Source of the DNA: a virus
Lineage: Duplodnaviria > Heunggongvirae > Uroviricota > Caudoviricetes
Length of the DNA: 64,000 nt
Direction: 5' to 3' (one strand)
Virus record (IMG/VR): IMGVR_UViG_3300002834_000024
Coordinates: 192,001-256,000 of that record
This document shows, piece by piece, positions 27,874 through 37,515 of the stretch. The notes beneath the pieces are model-generated. The model was not told the DNA's origin and did no database searches. It worked only from the letters and a program-made list of their open reading frames with translations. Positions within the stretch are counted from its first letter, which is position 1, and each line of letters starts with the position of its first letter. A program made the position numbers and the translations under genes.

Positions 27874-28380
27874 ATGAATAAAAAAATGATTTTATTGTCA
27901 ATATTAATGACAAGTCTGTTTTATGGTTGTGGAAGTATGGGTAGTGTTGCTGTTAAAAATGTAAATTCATGTACATATAAAATTGTTAATACAACTTTTA
28001 TTTATGATTTGTTTGATAGTGATGAAGAATATGAAAATAAATTTAGGTTAATTAAATTAGCAATTTATGATATATTTCCTAATATGGATGGTAACACATT
28101 TTTATTTGATGATGAATTAAAAGTTATTCAAGGAAAAATGATTTATAATGTACATACAGATTCTTTTTTTGGAACAAAATATGAAGGGAGAAGTAATTTC
28201 AAAATTATTAATAATAAGATAACATTTAGTAATCCCGAAATATTTTTTTTACCATCTCGTTATAGTAGTGGTGGGTGGGAGAAAATACCAAATGAGGGAA
28301 CTATATCTGAAAAAACCGCATGTAATACAATAGATGTGTGGGAAAAAATGGTAATAAAACTTTTAGAAAACATAAAATGA
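27874..28380 (+). CDS. Lipoprotein inserted in tRNA array 2
   Basis: Signal peptide with LFYGC lipobox. Confidence 0.7.
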   Translation: MNKKMILLSILMTSLFYGCGSMGSVAVKNVNSCTYKIVNTTFIYDLFDSDEEYENKFRLIKLAIYDIFPNMDGNTFLFDDELKVIQGKMIYNVHTDSFFGTKYEGRSNFKIINNKITFSNPEIFFLPSRYSSGGWEKIPNEGTISEKTACNTIDVWEKMVIKLLENIK

Positions 28381-28385
28381 TTAAT

Positions 28386-28457
28386 GCTTCTGTAGTTCAA
28401 TGGCTAGAACATCTGCTTTGTAACCAGAAAATATCAGTTCGATTCTGATCAGAAGCT
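28386..28457 (+). tRNA. tRNA-Thr (TGT)
   Basis: GCTTCTG/CAGAAGC acceptor, TTTGTAA loop. Confidence 0.88.
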
Positions 28458-28476
28458 CTCAATTTTTACCAACAAA

Positions 28477-28647
28477 ATGTCAAAAGAATTATATAATTGG
28501 TTAGAATTTCGTTTCAGACATGATAATTTAAAAAAATATCATAAATATTTTCAACAATGGGTTGATAATATAACTGAAAATCAAGTTCAAGGTTTTTATA
28601 ATCAATTTACCAGTTTCATAGGTCAAGATATAATTTGGAAACCATAA
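28477..28647 (+). CDS. Small hypothetical protein (56 aa, MSKELYNWLEFRF...)
   Basis: Hand translation, below track cutoff. Confidence 0.55.
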   Translation: MSKELYNWLEFRFRHDNLKKYHKYFQQWVDNITENQVQGFYNQFTSFIGQDIIWKP

Positions 28648-28657
28648 TTTACCAACA

Positions 28658-28981
28658 ATGAAAAATTTCAATAAACTTAGAGAGGAAGAAAAATATATTT
28701 ATGAATCCATTATGGCAGCCAGAAAGGTTCAATCTTTTTTATGGGGCGAATTTGAAGAAACAAGTGCTGACATAGAAGAATTTTGTCGAATGTTTCGGAA
28801 AAGAGTTTCAAAAATTGATGAAATAGATTTTAATAATCCACATTATAAAATTGAATTAAAAAAGAGGGTACTTCAAATTTGTGCTATTGGTATTAATTTT
28901 ATCAATAAATTGGAAAATAATGACTTTCCTGAAAAACCACTATTACCATCTAATCTTTCAAACTATTCATTATCCAATTAA
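28658..28981 (+). CDS. Hypothetical protein
   Basis: ORF. Confidence 0.6.
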   Translation: MKNFNKLREEEKYIYESIMAARKVQSFLWGEFEETSADIEEFCRMFRKRVSKIDEIDFNNPHYKIELKKRVLQICAIGINFINKLENNDFPEKPLLPSNLSNYSLSN

Positions 28982-29032
28982 TTTTGTTAATTAATTTTAT
29001 TTTAAATATTTTTATATAAAATATTAATTTTT

Positions 29033-29500
29033 TTGGAAAAACAGCTTGATTATATATCAATATTTAAAGTACATAGTGTTGAACCCATTAAACCTTCAAA
29101 CTGTGATGGTACTATTCGTTACATTACATTGTGTATTACTTGTGATACCAAACCCAATGATACATCCTTTGATTCATTAAGAGTTCTTACAACCTCTAAA
29201 ATTCCAGATGCTTATCATGAAGGATTTACTACATTTGAGGAATATGAGGAAATACCTTTTAGAGTGATTACTACACTAATTCAATGTAATAAGATTGATG
29301 ACATATTTTATTTGGAACTTGATATGTCAAAACCATCTTGCGATATGGGTATTACAATTGATGGTTACATTGGTATTGATCCAAGAATTGATATTGATGT
29401 AAGTAACTTTTTAATAACTTCTAACCAAGATGTGTTTAATTCAAATACAATTACTTTTAATGAGGATTTTTTTAATAATATAAAAAACATAAAATTTTAA
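29033..29500 (+). CDS. Hypothetical protein ending FNNIKNIKF
   Basis: ORF, TTG start. Confidence 0.6.
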   Translation: MEKQLDYISIFKVHSVEPIKPSNCDGTIRYITLCITCDTKPNDTSFDSLRVLTTSKIPDAYHEGFTTFEEYEEIPFRVITTLIQCNKIDDIFYLELDMSKPSCDMGITIDGYIGIDPRIDIDVSNFLITSNQDVFNSNTITFNEDFFNNIKNIKF

Positions 29501-29898
29501 TGGAAGAACTATCAAATAATAAGATGGAAAAAGTAATGACTGAAACATGGGAAAAGTTTTTTCGTTGTATTTTTCAATCAAAGAAAAAAAGTTATGATAA
29601 TTATTCAGTTTATCAATCTTTATTAAAATTTTATTTTAAAGAATGTGTAGTTAAAAATTATAGTTTAGATTTTTATTTAAGTAACTTTCGGAAAATTAAA
29701 TTCATATATAAAACTTATGATGATATTTTTGATTTCATTGTTGCTGGTACATTGAATGATAGATTGGATTTTACTTTTTTCAAAAAAATTGGTAATATTG
29801 TAAAAGAAAATATTGAAATAGAGATGCAAAATAATAAAATAGAAATTTCAAAATTTGATGAAAATTACTTTAATAATATAAAAAACATAAAATTTTAA
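29471..29898 (+). repeat. 30-bp direct repeat (29471-29500 and 29869-29898)
   Basis: TTTAATAATATAAAAAACATAAAATTTTAA twice, each ending a gene. Confidence 0.85.
29500..29898 (+). CDS. Hypothetical protein ending FNNIKNIKF
   Basis: Coupled ORF. Confidence 0.6.
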   Translation: MEELSNNKMEKVMTETWEKFFRCIFQSKKKSYDNYSVYQSLLKFYFKECVVKNYSLDFYLSNFRKIKFIYKTYDDIFDFIVAGTLNDRLDFTFFKKIGNIVKENIEIEMQNNKIEISKFDENYFNNIKNIKF

Positions 29899-29902
29899 AA
29901 AG

Positions 29903-30295
29903 ATGAAAGACAATAACAAAGAAGCCAAAAAATTTGACTTAACAATTAGAAAATTAAAGGGAATTTTAAATTCCGAAACCATTAGTTTACCCACAAAAGT
30001 TCAGGCAACCGAATTATCAACATTGATTCAAGACTTATTCAAGGAGGAAAATGAAAATAATATAAAGTTATTGAAAGAACAATTGAGGGAACTTTTGAAG
30101 AAACATGTTCAATTAGAAAAGAGTGTTAAAGAAAAGGAAAAAGAATTAATTAAATTGAAAAAGGAAAAACAGGCTGAATTTGTTAAAGCATGTGATGACT
30201 TGTTTAATAAAATATCCGATATTGATACTCTTACTTCTCAATACGAAGATTCACTCAAAAGCGCAATTGTAGAAGAAGTTGATGAAGGATATTAA
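29903..30295 (+). CDS. Coiled-coil hypothetical protein
   Basis: ORF. Confidence 0.6.
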   Translation: MKDNNKEAKKFDLTIRKLKGILNSETISLPTKVQATELSTLIQDLFKEENENNIKLLKEQLRELLKKHVQLEKSVKEKEKELIKLKKEKQAEFVKACDDLFNKISDIDTLTSQYEDSLKSAIVEEVDEGY

Positions 30296-30318
30296 AATCA
30301 AATTATCTAAAAAGTATT

Positions 30319-30360
30319 AAAAGGTTGTGAATAGTCATTTTTATTTCACAACCTTTTTTT
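30319..30360 (+). terminator. Intrinsic terminator
   Basis: AAAAGGTTGTGAA/TTCACAACCTTTT with T tract. Confidence 0.75.
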
Positions 30361-30404
30361 AACATCCAGTAAATATCTACCATATAATTTTTATTGTATT
30401 TTTG
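30359..30404 (+). promoter_or_regulatory. TTAACATCCAG box + TAnnTTTG promoter
   Basis: Box, 27 nt, TATTTTTG. Confidence 0.75.
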
Positions 30405-30431
30405 TAATACATTAAAAAAATACAATAAAAA

Positions 30432-30638
30432 ATGACTAATTTTTCAAGTACAACAACAATGTTATTGTTAAATACTGCTGCTGCATCAGCATCTAATAAT
30501 TCTTTGATAAGAACATCCAAAAATTCTAATCAAGATGATGATAACAAGATCACATTAACCAAAGCGATTATTATGATAGTATTAATTATTACTCTTTTTT
30601 CTTTATTTTTATGGATATTTTTAGAATTTATTATATAA
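30432..30638 (+). CDS. Small C-terminally anchored membrane protein
   Basis: Hydrophobic C-terminus. Confidence 0.55.
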   Translation: MTNFSSTTTMLLLNTAAASASNNSLIRTSKNSNQDDDNKITLTKAIIMIVLIITLFSLFLWIFLEFII

Positions 30639-30639
30639 T

Positions 30640-31068
30640 ATGGAATACATTGACAAAAGAATATTACAAAAAATAGCATATGTTCAAAATGAATTGGACA
30701 AATATGTTTATTTACGAAAAGATGATAAGGGATACTACATTGAGTATGCTTTTGCGGATATAGAAGAAAAATATCCTCATGATAATCGTTGTTTATCATG
30801 GTATGTAAAAAGGGATAATGATCCAACATTTGTATCAATGGAAGTTGATAAAATATATAGATTATCATCTTTTTCATGCTCACCAGATAGTGGTTGTTCA
30901 CCAGGTAATCCAAAATTGAATTGTGCATATTTGGCTGGCAATACAGAAAAATGGTCTTATGATGACCCAAAGAAATGTGCTTGTTGGCATTTAGAAACTC
31001 TTAATTTAGAAAAACATTCTTTTAGGTTAACATTTGAACAAGTAAAACGTTTATTTAACTTAATTTAA
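30640..31068 (+). CDS. Hypothetical protein
   Basis: ORF tiling. Confidence 0.6.
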   Translation: MEYIDKRILQKIAYVQNELDKYVYLRKDDKGYYIEYAFADIEEKYPHDNRCLSWYVKRDNDPTFVSMEVDKIYRLSSFSCSPDSGCSPGNPKLNCAYLAGNTEKWSYDDPKKCACWHLETLNLEKHSFRLTFEQVKRLFNLI

Positions 31069-31248
31069 AAAAATCAGTAATTTTATGGAAAATAAAAAAG
31101 TAAAAATACAACGATTGGATGGACGTTACTATGAAGGTAGAAGTGCATGTGGTTTACAGATGTGGGGATACACAGGTAAAGAGTTCGATGAATCGGAACC
31201 ATTTTTAAAAACATTAAGTGAAAATAAAGAATATAAAATTATAAAGTT

Positions 31249-31827
31249 ATGAGAAAAATTAGGTCTAATATTTTTGAAACAAACAGTTCTTCATCACATA
31301 GTTTTAGTATAAATACTGAAACTTTTGAATATGAAGGTAAATGGTTGTTAGAAGCCATTGAAAATGGAACTCTTATTTTGAGGGGCGGCGAGTATAGTTG
31401 GGGATATGAATTACTAGCTGAAAGTGTGGAAAAAGCAAATTATTGTGCTGTTGCATTTGAATATAACTGGCTTGAATATGATTACAAAAAAATGTTTAGA
31501 TCATATGAGACTGGCGATGTACGTGAAGTTGTTAAAAATATTTTTGAAGATGTTTTAAAAAGAGAACTGGGATGTACAGATATTAAATATGATTTCAGAA
31601 TAGATAGATGGACCGATAATGATTTGAATAATGAAGATGATGATATTAATTGGGCATACATTGACCATCAATCATGTGATGTTTTGTATCGAGGATTAAG
31701 AGATGCTGGGTGCATTACCAAATACAAAGATAATTTTAAGGTTAATAAAGAAAAGACAGATAAATTTTTTGTTGATCTTATTTTTAACAAAAATTCAACA
31801 ATTGAAGTATATAACGATAATGTTTAA
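31249..31827 (+). CDS. Conserved phage protein (FETNSSSSHS family)
   Basis: IRSNIFETNSSSSHS ... YIDHQS motifs. Confidence 0.65.
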   Translation: MRKIRSNIFETNSSSSHSFSINTETFEYEGKWLLEAIENGTLILRGGEYSWGYELLAESVEKANYCAVAFEYNWLEYDYKKMFRSYETGDVREVVKNIFEDVLKRELGCTDIKYDFRIDRWTDNDLNNEDDDINWAYIDHQSCDVLYRGLRDAGCITKYKDNFKVNKEKTDKFFVDLIFNKNSTIEVYNDNV

Positions 31828-31841
31828 TAATTTATAAAGAA

Positions 31842-32003
31842 ATGGCAAAGAAAAAAGGATGCGGTTGTTTCATAGGCGGATTTGGCGTTGGTTCAGTCCT
31901 TGCTATGATATTAAGTTTTATGAAGTGGAACTCAATACTGTGGACATTGTTTCATGGTTGTCTTGGATGGATTTATGTTATTTATTATGTAATCTTTTTA
32001 TAA
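31842..32003 (+). CDS. Small membrane protein (53 aa)
   Basis: Hand translation MAKKKGCGCFIGG...FHGCLGWIYVIYY. Confidence 0.6.
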   Translation: MAKKKGCGCFIGGFGVGSVLAMILSFMKWNSILWTLFHGCLGWIYVIYYVIFL

Positions 32004-32019
32004 AAAAATTTTAAAAACT

Positions 32020-32379
32020 ATGGACATTAAGGATTTTTGGAAAGGATGTAAAAGAATATTTGCTGCTGCAATAGTTCTTTTAGTTATTTATGGTGTTGGT
32101 TATGTCGTTTTTCTTGACTATACCAACAAGGAAGTTGTCGAGGTTATTGTTAAAGACAAGACTGTTAAACCAAAAGGTGAGGGTAATAGCATTTATTTGG
32201 TATTTACTGATAAGGAGGTATATAAGATAGATGATCAATGGTTTTTTGGTAAATTCAATTCTTCCGACATTTATTCTACTATCGAGATTGGACATAAATA
32301 TCAAATAGTTTCACATGGCTATCGTATTCCAATTTTATCATGTTATAAAAATATTAGAAGTGTTTATAAATTAGATTGA
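32020..32379 (+). CDS. Membrane-anchored phage protein (DUF1523-like)
   Basis: TM then YLVFTD...KFNSSDIY...GYRIP. Confidence 0.55.
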   Translation: MDIKDFWKGCKRIFAAAIVLLVIYGVGYVVFLDYTNKEVVEVIVKDKTVKPKGEGNSIYLVFTDKEVYKIDDQWFFGKFNSSDIYSTIEIGHKYQIVSHGYRIPILSCYKNIRSVYKLD

Positions 32380-32380
32380 T

Positions 32381-32584
32381 ATGATAAATATTATCAAACA
32401 GGGTTATCAACCCCCCATAACCATTAAGTTTGAATGTAATAAATGTGGTTGTGAATGGGAAACTGATGAATTTCGTAATTGTGGTTCTTCTGTTTATGGT
32501 ACAAAAGAAGATTATTATACTAAATATAAATATGAACACAATTGCCCAAATTGTGGTGAATCATCAACAAGATATTTGGGATGA
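32381..32584 (+). CDS. Zinc-ribbon protein
   Basis: CNKCG...CPNCG. Confidence 0.6.
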   Translation: MINIIKQGYQPPITIKFECNKCGCEWETDEFRNCGSSVYGTKEDYYTKYKYEHNCPNCGESSTRYLG

Positions 32585-33426
32585 ATTTTGATAAATGGAA
32601 ATTTATTAATACCCGAAAGGATGTTATTGAGTTACGTGAATTGATTACCAATTCATTCAAAGACCTTGTTTTTATTGAAGATAGTCACCAATATTTTTTA
32701 AATGGAAAAGAATTAACAAGTGTTTCAAAGATTGTTGAGTCATTTGTTCCAAAGTTTGATGCGGATGGAATGGCTCAACAATGTTTTGAAAAATATTATG
32801 ATAACCCAGATAGTAAATACTATCAAATGACAAAACAACAGATTTTGTCCGAATGGGTTAAGATTAATAAAGATGCTTGTGATAAAGGTCATCATAAACA
32901 TGATTATGGCGAAAACTTATTCTATCTCCATACACATCAATTCGATAAAATAAAATTACAATATCTATACGATCATTATAAACAGTACTATTTTGAACCA
33001 CATCCAAATGATTTTATGAATCATAATGTGTGGAAGTTTTGGTTGGATTTACCAGTTGAATATATTCCAATTTTATGTGAAACAAGGGTATATGATGAAA
33101 GTAAAGGATATAGTGGTACATTCGATATATTGTTTGCTTGGGATAATGGTAGAACACCATTAAAGGATAACTTAATTATAGGAGATTATAAAACAAATCG
33201 TGATTTATTCAAGAATGTTAATAATCAAATCATGTTATCCCCATTTGATAATATGTTAGATATGCCATATTCACATTATCAACTTCAATTATCACTCTAC
33301 CAAATTCCATTAGAAAATATTGGTTGTCGAGTAATTGATAGAAGATTAATTTATTTAAACAATCCAGTCAAGTATGAGATGTACAGGTTGGATAATCATA
33401 CAGAACAATTAAGAAATATTTTATGA
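32581..33426 (+). CDS. PD-(D/E)XK exonuclease-like protein
   Basis: SVS...H...E...GTFD...DYKT...YQLQLSLY. Confidence 0.8.
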   Translation: MNFDKWKFINTRKDVIELRELITNSFKDLVFIEDSHQYFLNGKELTSVSKIVESFVPKFDADGMAQQCFEKYYDNPDSKYYQMTKQQILSEWVKINKDACDKGHHKHDYGENLFYLHTHQFDKIKLQYLYDHYKQYYFEPHPNDFMNHNVWKFWLDLPVEYIPILCETRVYDESKGYSGTFDILFAWDNGRTPLKDNLIIGDYKTNRDLFKNVNNQIMLSPFDNMLDMPYSHYQLQLSLYQIPLENIGCRVIDRRLIYLNNPVKYEMYRLDNHTEQLRNIL

Positions 33427-33932
33427 AAAAAGATGTCTTTATTTTTTCAAAACGTGAGTTTGAAGATACAATGAAAAGATTTGAAATTTATGATTCAAAT
33501 GTTGAAAAATACGAAAATATTGCATTTATTTCAATTCTTTGTCCAACAGATTATGACACAAATGAACTGTTTTTGGATGTGTTCAGTGACAATGAACACT
33601 GGTTCAAAAATGAACACCAAAACGTTTTAAACATTGATTTTTGGGATATTGAAAAGGAAATTGAATATGGTAATGGAAAGGTTTTAAAACCATTTACTCC
33701 AGAACAAGCTGATGAAATATTAAACTTCATTGATAAAAATCAAGGTAAAGAATTTCTTATTCATTGTCATGCAGGAATTTCAAGATCATCTGCTGTGGCA
33801 TATTTCATCAGGGATTATTACGAATGGGTAAATAAAGAATTGTTTGATAGACGTTATAAGGGAAATAAATACCCAAATCAGTGTGTATTTACATTACTTA
33901 AAAAAGCATTTGAAAAGAAATATTATGTATAA
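33423..33932 (+). CDS. Protein tyrosine/dual-specificity phosphatase
   Basis: HCHAGISRS (CX5R) motif. Confidence 0.85.
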   Translation: MKKDVFIFSKREFEDTMKRFEIYDSNVEKYENIAFISILCPTDYDTNELFLDVFSDNEHWFKNEHQNVLNIDFWDIEKEIEYGNGKVLKPFTPEQADEILNFIDKNQGKEFLIHCHAGISRSSAVAYFIRDYYEWVNKELFDRRYKGNKYPNQCVFTLLKKAFEKKYYV

Positions 33933-34854
33933 ATCAAAAAACACTAATATTACTCTAAATAAAGCAAAAGATGTTAAAAAAGATGAGTTTCACACCCAAT
34001 TATCAGATATTGAATGTGAATTAAAACATTATAAAGATCACTTTAAAGGTAAAGTGGTTTATTGTAATTGTGATGATCCACGATATAGTAATTTTCCCAA
34101 ATATTTTTTAGATAATTTTGCCGAATTAGAACTTGAAAGATTAATAGCAACTTGTAAAAATGATGAATGTAGTTTTTATCTTGACAGTTATAGTTCTGAT
34201 ACGGAAAAGTATAAAATAGAAAAATTATTAGATAATGGAGATTTTCGTAGCCAAGAGTGTATAAGATTTTTGAAACAATCTGATATAGTAGTTACAAACC
34301 CGCCATTCTCTCTTTTTAGAGAACATTTTGACCAAATTATGGAATACAATAAAAAGTTTTTGGTAATTGGGCATCAAAATGCAATTATTTATAAAAATAT
34401 TTTTCCATATATTAGAGATAATCAGGTTTGGTTGGGTTATGGTTTTAAGGGAGATGCAACACATTTTATAAACAGGGCTGGATATGATGATTATGCTGTA
34501 TCAACCAGTCGTAAAGATGGTATGATTAGAGTGTCTGGTGTTGTATGGTTTACAAATCTTGAAATTGACAAGAATAGAGAATTAATCCTCCATAAGAAAT
34601 ACAACCCAGAAGAATATCAAAAATATGAAAACTATAATGCTATTGAAGTTAGTAAGACATCTAATATCCCAATGGATTATGATGGTATTATGGGGGTTCC
34701 TGTTTCATTTATGAATAAGTATAATCCTAATCAATTTAAAATTATTGGTTCAAACAGAGGGGTTGATCAAGATCCAAATGGTGTGTATGGTAGAGGTTCA
34801 TACATTGATGGAAAAGAAGTTTTTAAGAGAATTTTTATATGTTTAAAAAAATAA
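33925..34854 (+). CDS. EcoRI-family adenine DNA methyltransferase
   Basis: DEF.T, YCNCDDP, GDFRS, VVTNPPFSLFRE. Confidence 0.88.
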   Translation: MYKSKNTNITLNKAKDVKKDEFHTQLSDIECELKHYKDHFKGKVVYCNCDDPRYSNFPKYFLDNFAELELERLIATCKNDECSFYLDSYSSDTEKYKIEKLLDNGDFRSQECIRFLKQSDIVVTNPPFSLFREHFDQIMEYNKKFLVIGHQNAIIYKNIFPYIRDNQVWLGYGFKGDATHFINRAGYDDYAVSTSRKDGMIRVSGVVWFTNLEIDKNRELILHKKYNPEEYQKYENYNAIEVSKTSNIPMDYDGIMGVPVSFMNKYNPNQFKIIGSNRGVDQDPNGVYGRGSYIDGKEVFKRIFICLKK

Positions 34855-34855
34855 T

Positions 34856-35380
34856 ATGAATAAAAGAATTGGATTATTTGCCGGAACTTTTGACCCATTT
34901 ACTGTTGGTCATGGTGATATTGTAAATCGTTCATTATTTCTTGTTGATAAATTAATCATTGGGGTTGGAAGAAATTCATCAAAGGAACCAATGTTTTCAC
35001 TAACAGAAAGAGTGAATTTTATTAAATCAGTGTATAAAAATGATGACCGAATATCGGCAATGTGGTATGATGGTCTTACCATAGACTTTGCTGAACAAAA
35101 TGGTGTAAATATCATCATCAGGTCTATCAGGAGTTTTATTGATTTTGAATATGAGAAAAATATTGATGAGATTAATAATCAGATAGGACATGAATGTTAT
35201 GGTATTCAAACAGTATTTATGTTTCCATCAAGATACTTTTCTCATATCAGTTCAAGCATGGTTAGAGAATTAATAAGACATAATAAGGATGTTTCTAAAT
35301 ATATTCCAGATATAAGTAATTATTCATCTCCCGAATTTGTGGATAATGAATTAAAAAGATATATTGAAAGTAAAAGATAA
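34856..35380 (+). CDS. coaD: Pantetheine-phosphate adenylyltransferase
   Basis: AGTFDPFTVGH, DFEYE, ISSSMVREL. Confidence 0.92.
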   Translation: MNKRIGLFAGTFDPFTVGHGDIVNRSLFLVDKLIIGVGRNSSKEPMFSLTERVNFIKSVYKNDDRISAMWYDGLTIDFAEQNGVNIIIRSIRSFIDFEYEKNIDEINNQIGHECYGIQTVFMFPSRYFSHISSSMVRELIRHNKDVSKYIPDISNYSSPEFVDNELKRYIESKR

Positions 35381-35383
35381 ATT

Positions 35384-35584
35384 ATGTCCCAAATATATAC
35401 TATATATCAAGAAAAATTAGACAAAGCATTAGAAAGTAATGAAGTTTACATACAATGCCCATGTTGTCTTGAAAGTTATTATTATCCTATTTTAATAGAG
35501 GAAATTGAAGAACTTTCAAAAAAAGATGTTTATTGTATTTGTCAAGAGTGTGGAGATTCATTTTATTTAACAATAGAAGATTAA
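35384..35584 (+). CDS. Zinc-ribbon protein
   Basis: CPCC...CQEC. Confidence 0.55.
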   Translation: MSQIYTIYQEKLDKALESNEVYIQCPCCLESYYYPILIEEIEELSKKDVYCICQECGDSFYLTIED

Positions 35585-35809
35585 AAATATGTTAGAAGTA
35601 TTTAAACCAAAAAGAGGTATCATTCAAAGATACAAGAAGTATATGAAACGGAATACAAAATCAATATTTATATTAGTAAAATATGGTGATGATGATATAC
35701 GTTTAACATTAGTAAATTGAACAAATGGTGAAAATCGTTTTATCAGGAAGATAAAATAATTTTGTTGGAAACACCAACTTTTTATGAATAAAATTAATAA
35801 CTAAAATTT

Positions 35810-36544
35810 ATGGTTTTAAATTATCAAAAAGAATTAGAAGAATATAATCAAGCAATATTAACATATCGTAATGAAATCCGAAAAGCATTTGGTTGTGATA
35901 TTAGTGAGGTAAAAGATATTTTAAAAGAGTTGCCAAAGACAATCAGAAAACAGAATATTGAAAAACCGATATTTAGGTTTGGTTATAATTTTTTGGATAC
36001 ACTTGAAGAAGATTACTTTCAAAACTCGGCTGGGGTTTATAAATTTGATTGTACAGTTGGATGTTATATTGGTAAATCCATAAAGTTAAAAGATAGATTA
36101 AAAACACACTTTAAAAATATATCTGAAAGTACCGAACATAAAGGAAAATATTGGGATTTCAAAAACAATGAAATTGATGTGTCTATATTAAAATACATCA
36201 AATTAGAAGAAATTCAAGATGATATATGGCATCATATTCCCAATCTTTTTAACAATAAAGAAAATATTGAAAGATATAAAACATATTATGTAAATGGTGA
36301 ATGTACACTTGGTAAAGACTTATTCAATAAATATTCCCTATCTTGGATTGCCGAAAATGAATTATGTTTTTATGAAAGTATGTACATTATGGAACAAGAA
36401 GAAACATTTGATAAACCTTGTTATAATTTTGGTGTTGTTAAAAATGAACAACCACAAGATATATTTCATAAAGATGATGAACTTATACCATTAAAATACA
36501 AAACCCGATATAAACAATTAGTAACAAAAGAATACATTCTTTAA
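35810..36544 (+). CDS. GIY-YIG nuclease-domain protein
   Basis: AGVY...YIGKS..LKDRLKTH ... E ... YN. Confidence 0.7.
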   Translation: MVLNYQKELEEYNQAILTYRNEIRKAFGCDISEVKDILKELPKTIRKQNIEKPIFRFGYNFLDTLEEDYFQNSAGVYKFDCTVGCYIGKSIKLKDRLKTHFKNISESTEHKGKYWDFKNNEIDVSILKYIKLEEIQDDIWHHIPNLFNNKENIERYKTYYVNGECTLGKDLFNKYSLSWIAENELCFYESMYIMEQEETFDKPCYNFGVVKNEQPQDIFHKDDELIPLKYKTRYKQLVTKEYIL

Positions 36545-36817
36545 TAAAAACTATATAATTATGAAGAATTTTTCCAAACCAATGTTACTTACTTTGATAG
36601 TAACATTTTTTGTTGCTTGTAGTAAAGAAAATATTAAATAACTAAAATATGAAACAAATTAAAAAAGTAATTAAGTTAAAAGAAGGAGATAATGTTGATC
36701 AAAAAGTATTAGAAGAACTTTCTCCTGAAATAAACAAACACATTAAAAAAGAATTAAAAAAAACATGGGGTAAAAACCCTAAAACATTAAAAATAAAATT
36801 TTAACAAATAGAATAAA

Positions 36818-37411
36818 ATGAAAAGAATTTTAATTACAGTATTGTTGTTAATAGGATTATCTATTAATATTTTTGCGGGTCCATTTGGTATTGATATGGG
36901 AATGAGTTTAGAGGAAGTAACAAAAATAAGTAAAATTGAACCAGTAAGTATTGGTGATGATGCTTACCTTATTACGCCACCTAATACAAATAACCTTTTT
37001 GAAATGTATATGGTTAAAATTCATCACCTACATGGGGTTTATCTTATAAAAGCAATTGGGGTTGATATATCTGTTACAGGATATGGTGATGAATTAAAAT
37101 TGGAATTTAATAAACTAGTTCAAAATCTTGAAAAAAATTATGGTAAATATAAAAAAATAGATTACTTAAAAAGGGGTAGTATATGGAAAGATGCAGATGA
37201 TTTTATGATGGGATTATTAAAGGGGGATAGAAGTTTAATAGTTAGTTTTGATAAAGAATCCAAAGCAACATTACCAAGTGATTTAAAAGAAATTCTTGTT
37301 GGAGTTTCAGCAAAAAATCAAAATACTGGATATATTCTTTTAGAATATTATTCAACCAAATATGATATAATTACAAAAGAAATTGAAGAAAAACAAAATA
37401 ACGTTTTTTAA
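36818..37411 (+). CDS. Secreted hypothetical protein
   Basis: Signal peptide, then GPFGIDMGMS. Confidence 0.65.
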   Translation: MKRILITVLLLIGLSINIFAGPFGIDMGMSLEEVTKISKIEPVSIGDDAYLITPPNTNNLFEMYMVKIHHLHGVYLIKAIGVDISVTGYGDELKLEFNKLVQNLEKNYGKYKKIDYLKRGSIWKDADDFMMGLLKGDRSLIVSFDKESKATLPSDLKEILVGVSAKNQNTGYILLEYYSTKYDIITKEIEEKQNNVF

Positions 37412-37515
37412 TGTCTCGCAAACTAACCACAGTAGATTTTTCAAATCCATTATACACAATTGATAATACATTTGATGATTTGGAATTGTTATTGGAAAAA
37501 ATAAAAAAAATATGA
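37411..37515 (+). pseudogene. Internally deleted remnant of a zinc-ribbon endonuclease gene
   Basis: MSRKLTT start fused to DLELLLEKIK end, the latter matching the next gene's C-terminus. Confidence 0.55.

Noticed and set aside
32581-33426. Cas4 call for the PD-(D/E)XK nuclease
   Set aside because: No four-Cys Fe-S pattern and no CRISPR context.
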